DNA from: an uncultured bacterium
GTDB taxonomy: Bacteria; Margulisbacteria; WOR-1; CAVSGV01
Length of the DNA stretch: 64,000 bases
Reading direction: 5' to 3'
Assembly: GCA_963768305.1 (NCBI GenBank)
Contig: CAVYHE010000009.1
Location: 32,001-96,000 of the forward strand
Position numbers and translations under genes: made by a program. The notes under the pieces are model-generated. The model saw nothing but the letters and a program-made list of their open reading frames with translations. It was not told where the DNA came from and ran no database searches. This document shows positions 43,180-55,501 of this stretch, piece by piece. How positions within the stretch are numbered: position 1 is the first letter of the stretch; each line of letters opens with the position of its first letter.

Positions 43180-44709
43180 TCATTTGCTGAAATAATACAG
43201 GTCCATCCTGTTCTCATTGACATTATGCGGTTTTATTCTGAGTTTTGATGCAAGCGTCATCCTGTAAGGAACGAACCCTTTTGCATAGACCAGGCCGTAT
43301 TTATGCGACAATTCCCTTACTAGCCGGTTCCTGCCATTGTCATGAATGGATGTTACAAGAAAGAAACGGTTTATCCCTCCGTTCATATCAGAGGCTAAAA
43401 TAACGGGGATGTTCTTGTGCGGCAGCACGTTCAGATAATATTCCATAAGCCTGAAGCTGCTGAAATAGTCCCCGGCAACAACAACATCTCCGGGCCTGAA
43501 ACGGGCCGTTATCTGTTCCGCTACCTGTTTCCAGGGCTCTATCCTGTTGGAGTTATGGTATTCCGCCAGGGAAAAATAATTATGAATGGATACAAAGTTC
43601 ACAAGCAATATCACGGCAAGCAGCAGGTATCTTAATATGGGCCGCGCCCTGGAGACAGCGTATGACGCCAGCATTATGGAGAATGGGAGGCTGCCGATGA
43701 GGAAATTCGGGAGCGTGTCTTTTAAAAATATCGCTGAGACAACGGGCGGGAACAAGGCCAGCACCGAACACAGGATCAAGCCCTCGCCGCCGTCCCAATT
43801 CTTTGCAAGCAGAAATAATATGACAAGACTGGCGAGAATGCCGGGTATCACGACCGGATAATTCCATGGCGCGACCGTTTCGCCGAAAAATTGCGCAAAG
43901 ACAGACAAAGCGAACCTGCAGGCAAAATTATATGACGAGGAAGGGAAAAAATTTACGCCTTTCACTACCACATCAAAATTAGCAAGCGCAACACTTACAA
44001 GCTTTGGCACAAGTACGACAAAACAAAGGAACTGGATAAGAAATACTTTCATCAGGCTTCTAAAATCTTTTTTGGAACACAGATATAATGTGTAGACTGA
44101 TTGGGATGCAATCGTCAAGATACCGTATATATGGGTGCAGACCAGAAGAAGAGAGAAGAAAAAACAGCCCAGCCAGTTCATTTTATTTTCTTCCCGGATA
44201 AGCCTGACAAAATACCACGTCGATAAAAGGGAGAGGAGCAAAAGAAGGCTGTAAGTCCTTATTTCCTGCGAATACATGAGATGGAATGAAGAAAAACACA
44301 GCAACAAAGCGGAATAAAATGCCGTTCTTTCGTTAAAGAGCCTGCGCGCAAGGAAATAGATGAGGGGAATGGAGAGAACACCGAAGACGACCGACAGCCC
44401 CCTTAAAGAAGGCTCGCTCAGACCGAAAACGAAGGACCATAAACAGAGCAAAGCATAATAAAGGGGCATTTGTGTATCATCAAAATAAAAATGTGACGTT
44501 GATGCCCTTATCATTCCCGATATATCAGAAACAGAAAACCTGAAATCGTGAAGAATGAATTTATAAGATTTGAAAAGGCTGTCGACCTCATCTCCCCATA
44601 AACTGCGGAAAGATATATGATAGACGCGCAAAAGCAATCCCGCTGTGACTATCAGCAGTAATATCAAATTTCCCTTTGAGATCTTAAACCGCTTGATCAT
44701 TTGGACCAT
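43180..44709 (-). CDS. GT-C fold membrane glycosyltransferase (GT39/ArnT-like)
   Basis: SLWGDE, PLYY, SLRGLSV, YSQEIRTY, many TMs. Confidence 0.82.
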   Translation of the reverse strand: MVQMIKRFKISKGNLILLLIVTAGLLLRVYHISFRSLWGDEVDSLFKSYKFILHDFRFSVSDISGMIRASTSHFYFDDTQMPLYYALLCLWSFVFGLSEPSLRGLSVVFGVLSIPLIYFLARRLFNERTAFYSALLLCFSSFHLMYSQEIRTYSLLLLLSLLSTWYFVRLIREENKMNWLGCFFFSLLLVCTHIYGILTIASQSVYTLYLCSKKDFRSLMKVFLIQFLCFVVLVPKLVSVALANFDVVVKGVNFFPSSSYNFACRFALSVFAQFFGETVAPWNYPVVIPGILASLVILFLLAKNWDGGEGLILCSVLALFPPVVSAIFLKDTLPNFLIGSLPFSIMLASYAVSRARPILRYLLLAVILLVNFVSIHNYFSLAEYHNSNRIEPWKQVAEQITARFRPGDVVVAGDYFSSFRLMEYYLNVLPHKNIPVILASDMNGGINRFFLVTSIHDNGRNRLVRELSHKYGLVYAKGFVPYRMTLASKLRIKPHNVNENRMDLYYFSK

Positions 44710-44769
44710 TTTCTTATCTCTCCCGTTTTGCATCAGGAAATCAATCAGTATATCCTCCAAGACAACAAA

Positions 44770-46177
44770 TTATTTGATCTTTACCAGCCTGCTGTTTTTA
44801 TAATCAAAGACCGCGGCATTTTTTTCTTTGAGCGCCGATCTTATGGCTCTGCTGTCCGTCTCCTTTATGTCTATCCCGCCGGTCCCATACCACAAATATA
44901 ACATATATTTGATTTCATCCTCTCTTATGGGAAGGTCAGCAAAATAATATATCTTATTCCTGTCCAATACAGGTGTTTGTTTTTTAAAATCAATAAGAAT
45001 ATCCTTACGGATCTCTTTTTTAAAATAGAAAATCCTCTGGCAGGCTATCATCCCTCCTAAATACACAATGATCAAAGCAAGCGCCATTACAGCGATGCTG
45101 GCTCTCGCGAGCTTTGTTCTGGCTTGATCGTAGAAATGGACTATAAAGACCGCCAGAAGCGCGGAATAGCCTGCTGAAGCTAGATATAAATATCTTGAAG
45201 TATGAGCGGTTGTAAAGAAAGTAAAAGGCAAAAGAACAATAAAAGGCCAGATAGTGAAGAATTTAACGGGCTTTGAGCCTTTAATTATCAAAAATGCCGC
45301 GCCGGCAGGAGCGATAAAATATAACGCATATTTAATAAAAATGATGGTTTGTAATACCGCATTTGGGATCAAACGCGGATGATCTATATTGGATGGTCGC
45401 GGGAATGATCAATGTGGAAACATATTCAAGTAAATTCGGGATAAAATGCGCACCAAAAACATATTGCCCGGACATAGGCCCGGTTAAAAGGAAATATTTT
45501 GTCGCTCCATTAATGCATATATAGAGGGCCAGGATCATCAAATATGGGGCTAGCTTTTTCAAATCTTTGATCGCATATTGTTCACTATTGAAATAATCTA
45601 AAAGAAACACCATGAATATCAGGATGATCGATCCTTCATGACAGGATAGGGCGACAAAGTATAATAAAGCAGATAATATTAGATAGAGTTTTTTTTCGTT
45701 CTGCAGATATTGATGAAATAAAATAAGTGCCGAAAGAAATGCTGTCGCCATCATAAGATGATTTATCGGATTCAGCCAGCCTATCGCTTCCCAGTTGCCG
45801 GGGAAGACGGTAAAAATAACGCCTGCCAGCATCCCCGCATTTTTGTTCTTAGTTATCCTGGAAACCAAGGTATACAAAAGGAATCCGTTCAAGAAATGGA
45901 ACAAAAAGTTAACAATATAATATCCATGGTAATTCAATTTGAATATCGCGTAATTGATGCTGAAGATAAGATAGAATACCGGACGAAAAAAGTCATGGAA
46001 GGAAAGATACGCTATTTTTGATAATAGGGCCATCGGATTTGAAGCAATGGTCATGAATATGTAATAAAAATCATCCGCAAAAAAGAATGAGGGGAATATC
46101 TGGGAGAAAATGATCAGGTTCAATACGGCCAATATCGATATGATCAGGATATCTTTATTTAATTTAAAATCGGGCAT
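44770..46177 (-). CDS. GT-C-like membrane protein (frameshift near 45360)
   Basis: FFADD, FFRPV, NFLFHFLN, EAIGW, ALSCHE, then RYLYLAS in the second ORF. Confidence 0.72.
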
Positions 46178-47146
46178 CTAAACGAACCACTTTCTTATTT
46201 CTCTTGCTCCGACCCTGGCTTTCTTCATAATAACGGCTCTTTTGCGCAATGTTAAAGGCAATAATGCCAAAATCCTAAACCACGCGATGAATAAATGCGG
46301 CTCCCGGAAGATCACATATAATAGCGCCTTGAACTCATGCCAGAGGATATATGGCAGGTCTTTCAGGAAATTGGCCAGATGATCGTTCTTGAGCATCATC
46401 AAATATCTGTTCTTGAACGATTCTCTTCTGATGGATCGCGGCACCTGGGCCCTTTTTGTCCCTTTCCCCCACCCCCTTGCGTGGTAAGCAACGGCGTCCG
46501 GAACATAAAAGAACTTCCAGCCTCTGAGGCGCGCTCTCCAGCAAAGGTCCAGTTCTTCTTTATACGCGTAAAAGGTCGTGTCAAAATATTCCCCGAAAAG
46601 CTTTATGTCTTCCAGCATTTTCCTTCTGCACAGCATTGCCGCGCCGCTGGGAGAAAATATCTCGCTTTCTTCGTCAAACTGCCCGATATCTTTTTGTCCC
46701 TGTCCCCTGTCCATCGTCCGCCTGTTCCTGTAAATGATCACACCGGTAGAATCGATGATGTTTTTATTTTCTGATTTTGAACCTGATATCAGTTTGCCCA
46801 TAACAGCGCCGGCAGTCGGATCCGAATCAAGCACTTTCACAAGCCGTTCGACGTGTCCTTTTAATAGGAAAACATCAGCGTTAAGGACGAATATGTATTT
46901 GCCATTGCTCTTATCAATGACCATGTTATGGTTCTCGCAAAAGCTTTTCATCCTGTCATTGCGGATGACATTCATTTCGCGGAAATCCTTCTCGAGCATT
47001 TGTGAAGTGCCATCATTTGAGAAATTGTCAACCACGAACACTTCGTAGTTGAGATTTGAAAACACGCCATCACGGATGGAGTTGAGGCAATCGCGCAACA
47101 TTTCGCGTTCATTGGTTGAGATTATTGAGATCGTTACATCGGCCAT
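46178..47146 (-). CDS. GT2 glycosyltransferase
   Basis: VVDNFSNDGT, LNAD, YKEELDLCWRA. Confidence 0.88.
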   Translation of the reverse strand: MADVTISIISTNEREMLRDCLNSIRDGVFSNLNYEVFVVDNFSNDGTSQMLEKDFREMNVIRNDRMKSFCENHNMVIDKSNGKYIFVLNADVFLLKGHVERLVKVLDSDPTAGAVMGKLISGSKSENKNIIDSTGVIIYRNRRTMDRGQGQKDIGQFDEESEIFSPSGAAMLCRRKMLEDIKLFGEYFDTTFYAYKEELDLCWRARLRGWKFFYVPDAVAYHARGWGKGTKRAQVPRSIRRESFKNRYLMMLKNDHLANFLKDLPYILWHEFKALLYVIFREPHLFIAWFRILALLPLTLRKRAVIMKKARVGAREIRKWFV

Positions 47147-47170
47147 TTTAGTTCCCTGTGAAAAGATTTA

Positions 47171-48577
47171 TTATACACTTACTTTAGTCCGCTCCCGCAC
47201 AAAAAGATCGAAAACATAAAAGAACAGCACATTCCAGGCAAAATCGAATAATATGAAGCCATTGGCATAAATTGAGAATATTATATTCCAGGCAAAATAA
47301 GAATAAAAGAAAACGTTGAAAAGGGAAGGTTTTGTCCTTACCCGCCAATATATCAAAGAAGAAAAAACCCCGATTAAAAAAGGAAAAAGGACAATACCTA
47401 TAATACCAAAATCCATATAAGGTTCACTTAAATACGTTCCGGTTGCCCATTCAGCCCCGGGACTCAGGCCAGCAGTTAATCCTTCATATCCTCTCTCCCT
47501 GAATCCGAAAAGCGCCCGCAATGGATAAAGAGAATACCAACCGTAGCCAAAAGGGAATCTATTCCCCGCCCCCTCAAGCACTTTTTCAAAAACCCAAAAA
47601 TTCATGGAAATACTAAGATATCCCGGAGCCACCCAGGCATTGCTCTGAGAAAATCCGACATTTTCTAAATAGTCAAAAGGCAAAATATTTCTTGCGACGG
47701 CGACGGAAATAACAAGGAGCAGAAAAACAGAAATGCACAGAATGACGAGCATCTTTTTATTTATTTTTCTGACGAGATAATTATAACCGATCAAGACAGG
47801 CATGATCATATTCGCCAGGAAAAGCCTGCTTGCAGTCAAAGCGATAAAAGCAAGAGAAAAAACAGAAAAAACCAAAGGAAGGAAGTTCTTTAATATGCCC
47901 GCTCTTTTCTTAATCATCATGTAATAACAGCTTAAGATAAAAACATTCACCATGCTCAAAGCAATCCTATGGACAAAGCTGTTAACAGCCATATCGGCCC
48001 GTACAGTATCGGCATACAGCCCTGTAAGGCCGGCAAATAAAGGGAAAGCGCCTGCATAATTAAATTCACATAAAAGCATAAGCGCGGATATAATAAACAT
48101 AAAAGATAAAACTAACTTTGTCTTGAAATTATTCCAGGTGAATTTTATAACGCTTATTATTTTTGTCTGGCACACGAATGTTCGCTTATTCATTAAATCG
48201 ACAATAAAGATTCCTGCGTAAAAGGCCAAAATGCTTAACAGAATATTTAGCCATAAATATGGCGACCAAGGGTCTTCATATATGCTTAATCTTAAATTGC
48301 TTATTCCTATCGCAAAAAACCATGCCGCAGTAAAGATCGGGGCAGGCGAAAAGAGATCTTTGTTCCCCCTAACTGAATAAAAAACGGCAATAGCGGAGAG
48401 AAAAATAAAATAGAGTACGACTGCAAGATTGAAATTAATAAAACAAATTAGAAGGACTGACAAAGTTGCCAAAAGATAAAGGAAGATGTTCGGGGATACC
48501 AGCAACAGATACAATATTTGAATGAAAACAAATAAAGTAAAATTCATTAAAACAATGCCGTCAATTGAGCCGTTCAA
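47171..48577 (-). CDS. wzy: Putative Wzy polysaccharide polymerase
   Basis: About 11-12 hydrophobic helices, TASR, YMDFGIIG; AT-rich, inside the glycan locus. Confidence 0.7.
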   Translation of the reverse strand: MNGSIDGIVLMNFTLFVFIQILYLLLVSPNIFLYLLATLSVLLICFINFNLAVVLYFIFLSAIAVFYSVRGNKDLFSPAPIFTAAWFFAIGISNLRLSIYEDPWSPYLWLNILLSILAFYAGIFIVDLMNKRTFVCQTKIISVIKFTWNNFKTKLVLSFMFIISALMLLCEFNYAGAFPLFAGLTGLYADTVRADMAVNSFVHRIALSMVNVFILSCYYMMIKKRAGILKNFLPLVFSVFSLAFIALTASRLFLANMIMPVLIGYNYLVRKINKKMLVILCISVFLLLVISVAVARNILPFDYLENVGFSQSNAWVAPGYLSISMNFWVFEKVLEGAGNRFPFGYGWYSLYPLRALFGFRERGYEGLTAGLSPGAEWATGTYLSEPYMDFGIIGIVLFPFLIGVFSSLIYWRVRTKPSLFNVFFYSYFAWNIIFSIYANGFILFDFAWNVLFFYVFDLFVRERTKVSV

Positions 48578-48616
48578 TATTTTCTCCTATTATGCACAAG
48601 CAAAACATTCGAAGAT

Positions 48617-49512
48617 TCAATATTTCTCCGACCTGCCTGTTATTCCGCTTTTAAAATCATTGATCGCATCCAGGACAGCCATTGCCCTTCCCTTTTTCCC
48701 GCTTAAAGCCAGAAATGTATACAAAAAATAATATTTCAAAATGGCCAGGGGCAATATCGCAGGATAATACTTCTTGAATATGTACATGGTGTTTCTCCTT
48801 GAATAATATGTGTTGCGCGGGGATCCTCCCCTCCCGTGGAAGAAGACACCTTATGCCATACTTTGGCTTCGGGAATGAAAAAGATCCTGTATCCTGCCAT
48901 TTTCGCGCGAATGCAATATTCTGAATCTTCAGCAGTAGTAAAGAACTTTTCATCCAAATACCCTATCTTTTCTATTACTTCCTTCCTGATAAGCATCGCG
49001 CAGGCGGACACCTCATCCACATTTTTAAGTTTTGAAAATCGATCGGAATCTTTTTCCCTGTATCCTATAAACAACGGGCGCATGAATATCCTGTCGTACC
49101 TGACGCCTGCCGACCAGATGATATTGGTCTGGCCGTAATAGTAGATCTTGGGGCCTGCAATGCCGACCGAGGTATCGCTTTCAAAGGATCCAACAAGCTT
49201 TGAAAGCATATTGCCGTCCACAACAGTGTCATTATTTAAAAGCAGAATATATGAAGGGCCGTCTTTTAGCGCCTCTTTTATCCCCACATTATTCCCCTCG
49301 GCGAACCCGAGATTTTCCCTATTCCTGATCAATTTAATGTGCGGGAATGCTCGGGCGATCTTTTCCGCCGAGCCATCCTCGGAGCCGTTATCAACAACTA
49401 TGACCTCATAGTTTGGATAATCGATCTTCTTGAGCGAATCAAGGCATTCTTTCGTGTCTTCGAAGTTATTCCAGTTCAATATTACGATAGCAACTTTTCT
49501 GTTATCTGCCAT
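48617..49512 (-). CDS. GT2 glycosyltransferase (frameshift near 3' end)
   Basis: ILNWN, DNGSEDGS, GFAEGNN, LLNND, AEDSEYC. Confidence 0.85.
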
Positions 49513-49544
49513 TTTTGTCCCGCGATCAGGATGCTCCTGCCCTT

Positions 49545-50975
49545 TTATATCTGCTTAAGGATTATCTTTTTCAATAGATCCCAATCATCCTGGCCGATCG
49601 CCCTGAAAACGATCAATGACACGGCATACAACGAACCGCCAAGAATAATCTTCAATATCACACTGGATGAATGGAAATTCATCAGGAACAGGCCCATTAA
49701 ACAGATCGATAAGAATATCTGCAGCAGTTTGCTTATTGAGACCTTGAATCCCAGCATTTTATAGGCTAAAACCGTAAAAAGCGTGAGCATCACTAATTCC
49801 GAGATCACCACGGCGATAGCAGTGGCAAAATATCCGTATCTCCCGATGAACAGGAGATTAAAAATCACGTTGACCGATAATCCCGCGCCATAAATAAAAA
49901 GGCTTTCCATTTGTCGGTTTATGCTCACAAAACTGCATGATATAAGACCGCTTAAGCATGTGAGCGGCAAAGCCCAGATAACTATTTTCAAGGCCGGTAT
50001 CGCTCCCGCATACCCTGTGCCAAAGAGCAATGTTATTAACGGCGCGGCCAGGAGCATGCCTCCCAAAGAAATGGCCGCCGTAAGCATAAGGATATAATAG
50101 AACGACCTTGCAAGGAAACGATGAAAGTATCCGTCGCTCATATTCACGGAAAAATTGGAAAACGCGGGGAACGCGACCGACATATACAGGAATACTATAT
50201 TCCTTACGAACAACATGATCTTGCTGGCAGCGGAATACAGCCCGACTTGTTGAGAATTTTTCATCTGGAAAAGGATTATTTTGTCAACATACAGGAACAA
50301 TATCGTTACAAGGGACAGCAACCCGATCACGATCGCCGAGGATAATATCCCCTTTATCAATTTCGCGTCCAAACTGAATCGGAACCGGACCAGCCTTAAC
50401 GCCAGAACAAACCCGATCATCGAAACAAGCAAATAAAGCAATATCCAGGCCCCGGCTAATACAACAAGCCCTTTTTTAAGGGCGATTATTATCAGGACAA
50501 AAACAAGCGATATGCTCCCCAGGGAAATATTGAGCAGGGCGTCATATTCAAATATTTGACGCGCCTGGAATATCCACCTGTAACTCAACTGGAGCATATA
50601 AATCAAACCCGTGATCGTAAAAAGGAACAGGATCTTAGCTTCCAGCGGGTCTTTCTTTAATAAAAGAATGGCGAATGAAGCAACAAGAAAAACAATTATG
50701 GCCATCAGGACCTTTAAAGTGAATATATTGCTGAAATATTCCTGGGTCTTGGACAGGTCTTTTGCTATCTCTCTCGTCGCGACAGTGGCAAAACCCAGAT
50801 CGCTAAAAGCCACACAAACGGCGATATATGACAGGGAGTAAGAGAACAATCCATACGCGGAACTCCCTAAATATCTGGCAAGGATAATAGTGAATACAAG
50901 GGAAAGAAGCGAAACTATTATTGCGCCGGAAAAATTAATGATGAGGTTTTTGAAGATCGTTCTGACTTTTGGCAT
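49545..50975 (-). CDS. wzx: Wzx flippase (MOP family)
   Basis: ARYLG..AYG, DLGF, DKIIL, VGLYSAA; about 12-14 TMs. Confidence 0.88.
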   Translation of the reverse strand: MPKVRTIFKNLIINFSGAIIVSLLSLVFTIILARYLGSSAYGLFSYSLSYIAVCVAFSDLGFATVATREIAKDLSKTQEYFSNIFTLKVLMAIIVFLVASFAILLLKKDPLEAKILFLFTITGLIYMLQLSYRWIFQARQIFEYDALLNISLGSISLVFVLIIIALKKGLVVLAGAWILLYLLVSMIGFVLALRLVRFRFSLDAKLIKGILSSAIVIGLLSLVTILFLYVDKIILFQMKNSQQVGLYSAASKIMLFVRNIVFLYMSVAFPAFSNFSVNMSDGYFHRFLARSFYYILMLTAAISLGGMLLAAPLITLLFGTGYAGAIPALKIVIWALPLTCLSGLISCSFVSINRQMESLFIYGAGLSVNVIFNLLFIGRYGYFATAIAVVISELVMLTLFTVLAYKMLGFKVSISKLLQIFLSICLMGLFLMNFHSSSVILKIILGGSLYAVSLIVFRAIGQDDWDLLKKIILKQI

Positions 50976-50979
50976 GCCA

Positions 50980-51903
50980 TTATCCGTTGAAGCATTCTAT
51001 CGTTTTCCTCAGTCCTTCTTCCAGCCCTACAACAGGCGACCACTCCAGTTCGGTTTTTGCTTTTGTTATATCGGGACGTCTTTGTTTGGGATCATCCTGA
51101 GGAAGGGGCTTGTGGACGATCTTAGACCTGCTGCCGGACAGCTTAATGATCAAATTCGCAAAATCGATTATCTGCAGTTCTTTAGGACTTCCGAGATTGA
51201 TGGGCCCCATCACTTTCGCATACATCATCTTGTATATCCCGGAGATCAGGTCGGAAATATAACAGAAGCTCCTTGTCTGGCTCCCATCCCCGTAAATGGT
51301 CAAAGGCTGGCCCGTGAGCGCCTGCTTTATGAAATTCGGGACGACCCTCCCGTCGTCCAGCGCCATCCTAGGGCCGTATGTGTTGAATATCCTGGTGATC
51401 TTCGTATCGACAAGCTTTTCTCTCTTATAAGCAGAGGTCAACGCTTCGGCGAACCTTTTTGCTTCATCATAAACCGATCTTGGACCGATAATGCTGACAT
51501 TGCCGAAATATCCCTCATTCTGGGGCGAGACTTCCGGGTCGCCGTAGACTTCGGACGTTGAAGCCAGAAGGAATTTGGCTTTTTTCTTTTTAGCAAGTTC
51601 AAGAAGATTCTTGGTCCCGGCAGACCCGGCATCCAGGGTCTCCAGCGGATAGTTCAAATAATCCACCGGACTGGCGAGAGAAGCAAAATGAAGGATAAAG
51701 TCTATCCTTCCTGCGATCTTAAGCGGCCTTACCACGTCATGTTTTATGAATTCGAATCTTTTGTTCTGCATGTTGTGTTTTATGTTCTTTATGTCGCCTG
51801 AAAGAAGATTGTCAACACATATGACATAATGACCTTTTTCAAGCAGAAGGTCACAAAGATGCGATCCTATGAAACCCGCGCCGCCCGTCAACAATATTTT
51901 CAT
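50980..51903 (-). CDS. UDP-glucuronate decarboxylase (UDP-xylose synthase)
   Basis: [46 protein letters not shown]. Confidence 0.9.
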   Translation of the reverse strand: MKILLTGGAGFIGSHLCDLLLEKGHYVICVDNLLSGDIKNIKHNMQNKRFEFIKHDVVRPLKIAGRIDFILHFASLASPVDYLNYPLETLDAGSAGTKNLLELAKKKKAKFLLASTSEVYGDPEVSPQNEGYFGNVSIIGPRSVYDEAKRFAEALTSAYKREKLVDTKITRIFNTYGPRMALDDGRVVPNFIKQALTGQPLTIYGDGSQTRSFCYISDLISGIYKMMYAKVMGPINLGSPKELQIIDFANLIIKLSGSRSKIVHKPLPQDDPKQRRPDITKAKTELEWSPVVGLEEGLRKTIECFNG

Positions 51904-51941
51904 TTATATCACGCCTTTTTCGAATCCATTGCCAGGAAGGA

Positions 51942-53252
<1,311 letters not shown>

Positions 53253-53255
53253 TAT

Positions 53256-53975
53256 TTATACCTCCAGAACTTTATGCTGAACGGCGATAATATCTTTTAT
53301 TCCCGCAGCTGCAAGATCAAGGAGTTCGTCCAGTGTCCTTTTATTAAAAGGGTCCCTCTCAGCAGTTCCCTGGACCTCCACGAATTTCCCTGATTCTGTC
53401 ATGACCACGTTCATATCCACGTTCGCCCGCGAATCCTCCTCATAATTCAGATCAAGGTATTTGCTTCCGCCTATCACGCCTACCGATGTTGCCGCAAGGA
53501 ATTCATTTATCGGGTTCTTTTTTATTTTATTCTCCGACATCAATTTCCCGACGGCGTCATGAAGCGCGACAAAAGCCCCGGTAATGGACGCCGTTCTTGT
53601 GCCTCCGTCCGCCTGAATGACATCTGAGTCTATCAATATCGAGATCTCTCCCATGGATTCAAGGTCCACAACGGCCCTTAAAGCCCTTCCGATCAGTCGC
53701 TGAATTTCCAGCGTCCTTCCCTTCACTTTCCCTAAATGATTGTCCCGCGTCGCCCTTTCAAGTGTGGACCCCGGGATCATAGAATATTCGGCGGTGATCC
53801 ATCCGCCGCCGGAACCTTTCCGGTGGTTCGGCACGCTATTCTCGATGATGGCGGTGCATATGACCTTTGTATCCCCGCACTGGACAAGGACCGAGCCATC
53901 CGGATACTTTAAATAGTTACGGATTATCGATAATTTTCTCAATTCATCCGCCGCGCGCCCGTCCAAGCGTTTCAT
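53256..53975 (-). CDS. rph: Ribonuclease PH
   Basis: [37 protein letters not shown]. Confidence 0.96.
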   Translation of the reverse strand: MKRLDGRAADELRKLSIIRNYLKYPDGSVLVQCGDTKVICTAIIENSVPNHRKGSGGGWITAEYSMIPGSTLERATRDNHLGKVKGRTLEIQRLIGRALRAVVDLESMGEISILIDSDVIQADGGTRTASITGAFVALHDAVGKLMSENKIKKNPINEFLAATSVGVIGGSKYLDLNYEEDSRANVDMNVVMTESGKFVEVQGTAERDPFNKRTLDELLDLAAAGIKDIIAVQHKVLEV

Positions 53976-54442
53976 TTCTCTTCTGCACCTGGTTCCTGCG
54001 AGGAGCCTGTGACGGACTTCCCCAGCATGGCCCTTCCGGCCTTAACGGACCTCAATATCCTGCTGGAAGTCGCCTCCAGGTTCGAGAGGACCTCGTCCGC
54101 GTATTTGTCGGCTCCCATGCGGACCTCTTTCGCGATCTTGTAAGCGTTCTCGATGATCTCAGTGGACTTGCTTTCTTTTTCCGATGAGACCGGAAGCCTC
54201 CCCTTTAATCTCTCCATTTCTTTTTGCGATTCGTCCGCTTCCGTTTCTTCGTGCTTGGATGGATATGCTCTTTTATCCAGGGCTTTTTTCACAAGGTCCC
54301 CTCCGCCCTGCGCCACCAGCCTTATCTTATCGATGACCTGAAGCACTTTTTCTTCATCGATCATCGTCTTTTTAGTAAGAGGAACCCTGAACCCTTCCAG
54401 GATCATAGATTCAAGCGTGTCCAGAAGCCCGAGTATTTCCAT
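53972..54442 (-). CDS. Cdv3/SepIVA-like coiled-coil protein
   Basis: LDTLE.MI....[21 protein letters not shown]; conserved position after coaD. Confidence 0.65.
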   Translation of the reverse strand: MEILGLLDTLESMILEGFRVPLTKKTMIDEEKVLQVIDKIRLVAQGGGDLVKKALDKRAYPSKHEETEADESQKEMERLKGRLPVSSEKESKSTEIIENAYKIAKEVRMGADKYADEVLSNLEATSSRILRSVKAGRAMLGKSVTGSSQEPGAEEK

Positions 54443-54457
54443 GTTATCCCTCCTAAA

Positions 54458-54937
54458 TTATGATCTTTCGCATCGCTTCAATTTTTTCAGGACAATATCC
54501 GGCACAAGCCCTGAAACATTCCCTCCGAGACGCGAAATTTGCTTCACCAAGCTTGAGCTGAGGTAGGAATATTTATAATCTGTCATGATGAATATCGTTT
54601 CTACCTCCGGGCACATACGCAGGTTTGTTAGCGCCATCTGGAACTCGTAATCAAAATCCGATACCGCTCTTAATCCTCTAACGATCGCACATGCTTTTTT
54701 CGATTTTGCGTAATCCACAAGAAGGCCGTCAAAGCTGTCGATCTTTATTTTTTTCATGCCCCCTACTGCGTCCTTCAGCATTTTATACCTTTCACCGATG
54801 TCAAAGAACGGGGTTTTATCGGGATTAACTATGATGGCTACATATACGCGATCGAATATTTTCGAGGCTCTTTTGATGATATCTATATGGCCATTGGTTA
54901 CCGGATCAAAACTGCCGGGATAAACCGCGATTTTCAT
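54458..54937 (-). CDS. coaD: Phosphopantetheine adenylyltransferase
   Basis: YPGSFDPVTNGH, RGLRAVSDFDYE, SSSLVK. Confidence 0.97.
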   Translation of the reverse strand: MKIAVYPGSFDPVTNGHIDIIKRASKIFDRVYVAIIVNPDKTPFFDIGERYKMLKDAVGGMKKIKIDSFDGLLVDYAKSKKACAIVRGLRAVSDFDYEFQMALTNLRMCPEVETIFIMTDYKYSYLSSSLVKQISRLGGNVSGLVPDIVLKKLKRCERS

Positions 54938-55501
54938 TCAAGCCTCCAAAGCATAAAAAGAGAGAACTGTGTCCCCGTAACCGGCATCCCTGAACTTTTT
55001 TAATTTTCCGTACGAATCCTGTATATTGTCACGCCTGCTGTGCTCCGCAATGATCACGCCGTTCTGCTCTATCAAAGCGGTCTGCGCGATCGTATTTAAC
55101 GACCCTTCAAGCGCCGGACTGCCGTAAGGAGCCCCGATAAAAACAATGTCGAATTTTCCGCCAGCATTATCTATGATCTTAAGGGCTTTTATCACATCCA
55201 GCGCGTAAACTTCCGCCCTGTCGGAAAATCCGCAAAGCTCCAGATTTTCCCGCAGGGTCCGGACTATTTTACCGTCATGCTCAACAAAGATCGCAAGGCT
55301 TGCGCCTCTTGATAATGCTTCTATCCCTACCGATCCCGTTCCCGCGAAAAGGTCAAGGAATCTGGCCTCCGGATTTTTTCGCGCAAGAATGTTAAAAAGG
55401 GCTTCTTTTGCCCTTCCTGTCAGCGGCCGCAGCCTCTTATCCTTGGAAAGCTTGGGAAACTTGAGATCTTTCCCTTTTGCTGAGCCGGCTATAACTCTCA
55501 C
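54938..55501 (-). CDS. rsmD: 16S rRNA m2G966 methyltransferase
   Basis: MRVIAG, KEALFNIL, LDLFAGTGSVGIEALSRGA. Confidence 0.92.
   Translation of the reverse strand: MRVIAGSAKGKDLKFPKLSKDKRLRPLTGRAKEALFNILARKNPEARFLDLFAGTGSVGIEALSRGASLAIFVEHDGKIVRTLRENLELCGFSDRAEVYALDVIKALKIIDNAGGKFDIVFIGAPYGSPALEGSLNTIAQTALIEQNGVIIAEHSRRDNIQDSYGKLKKFRDAGYGDTVLSFYALEA

Noticed and set aside
55120..55145. RsmD motif reads IGAPY instead of DPPY
   Set aside because: A single-motif deviation in an otherwise normal gene; significance cannot be judged without an alignment
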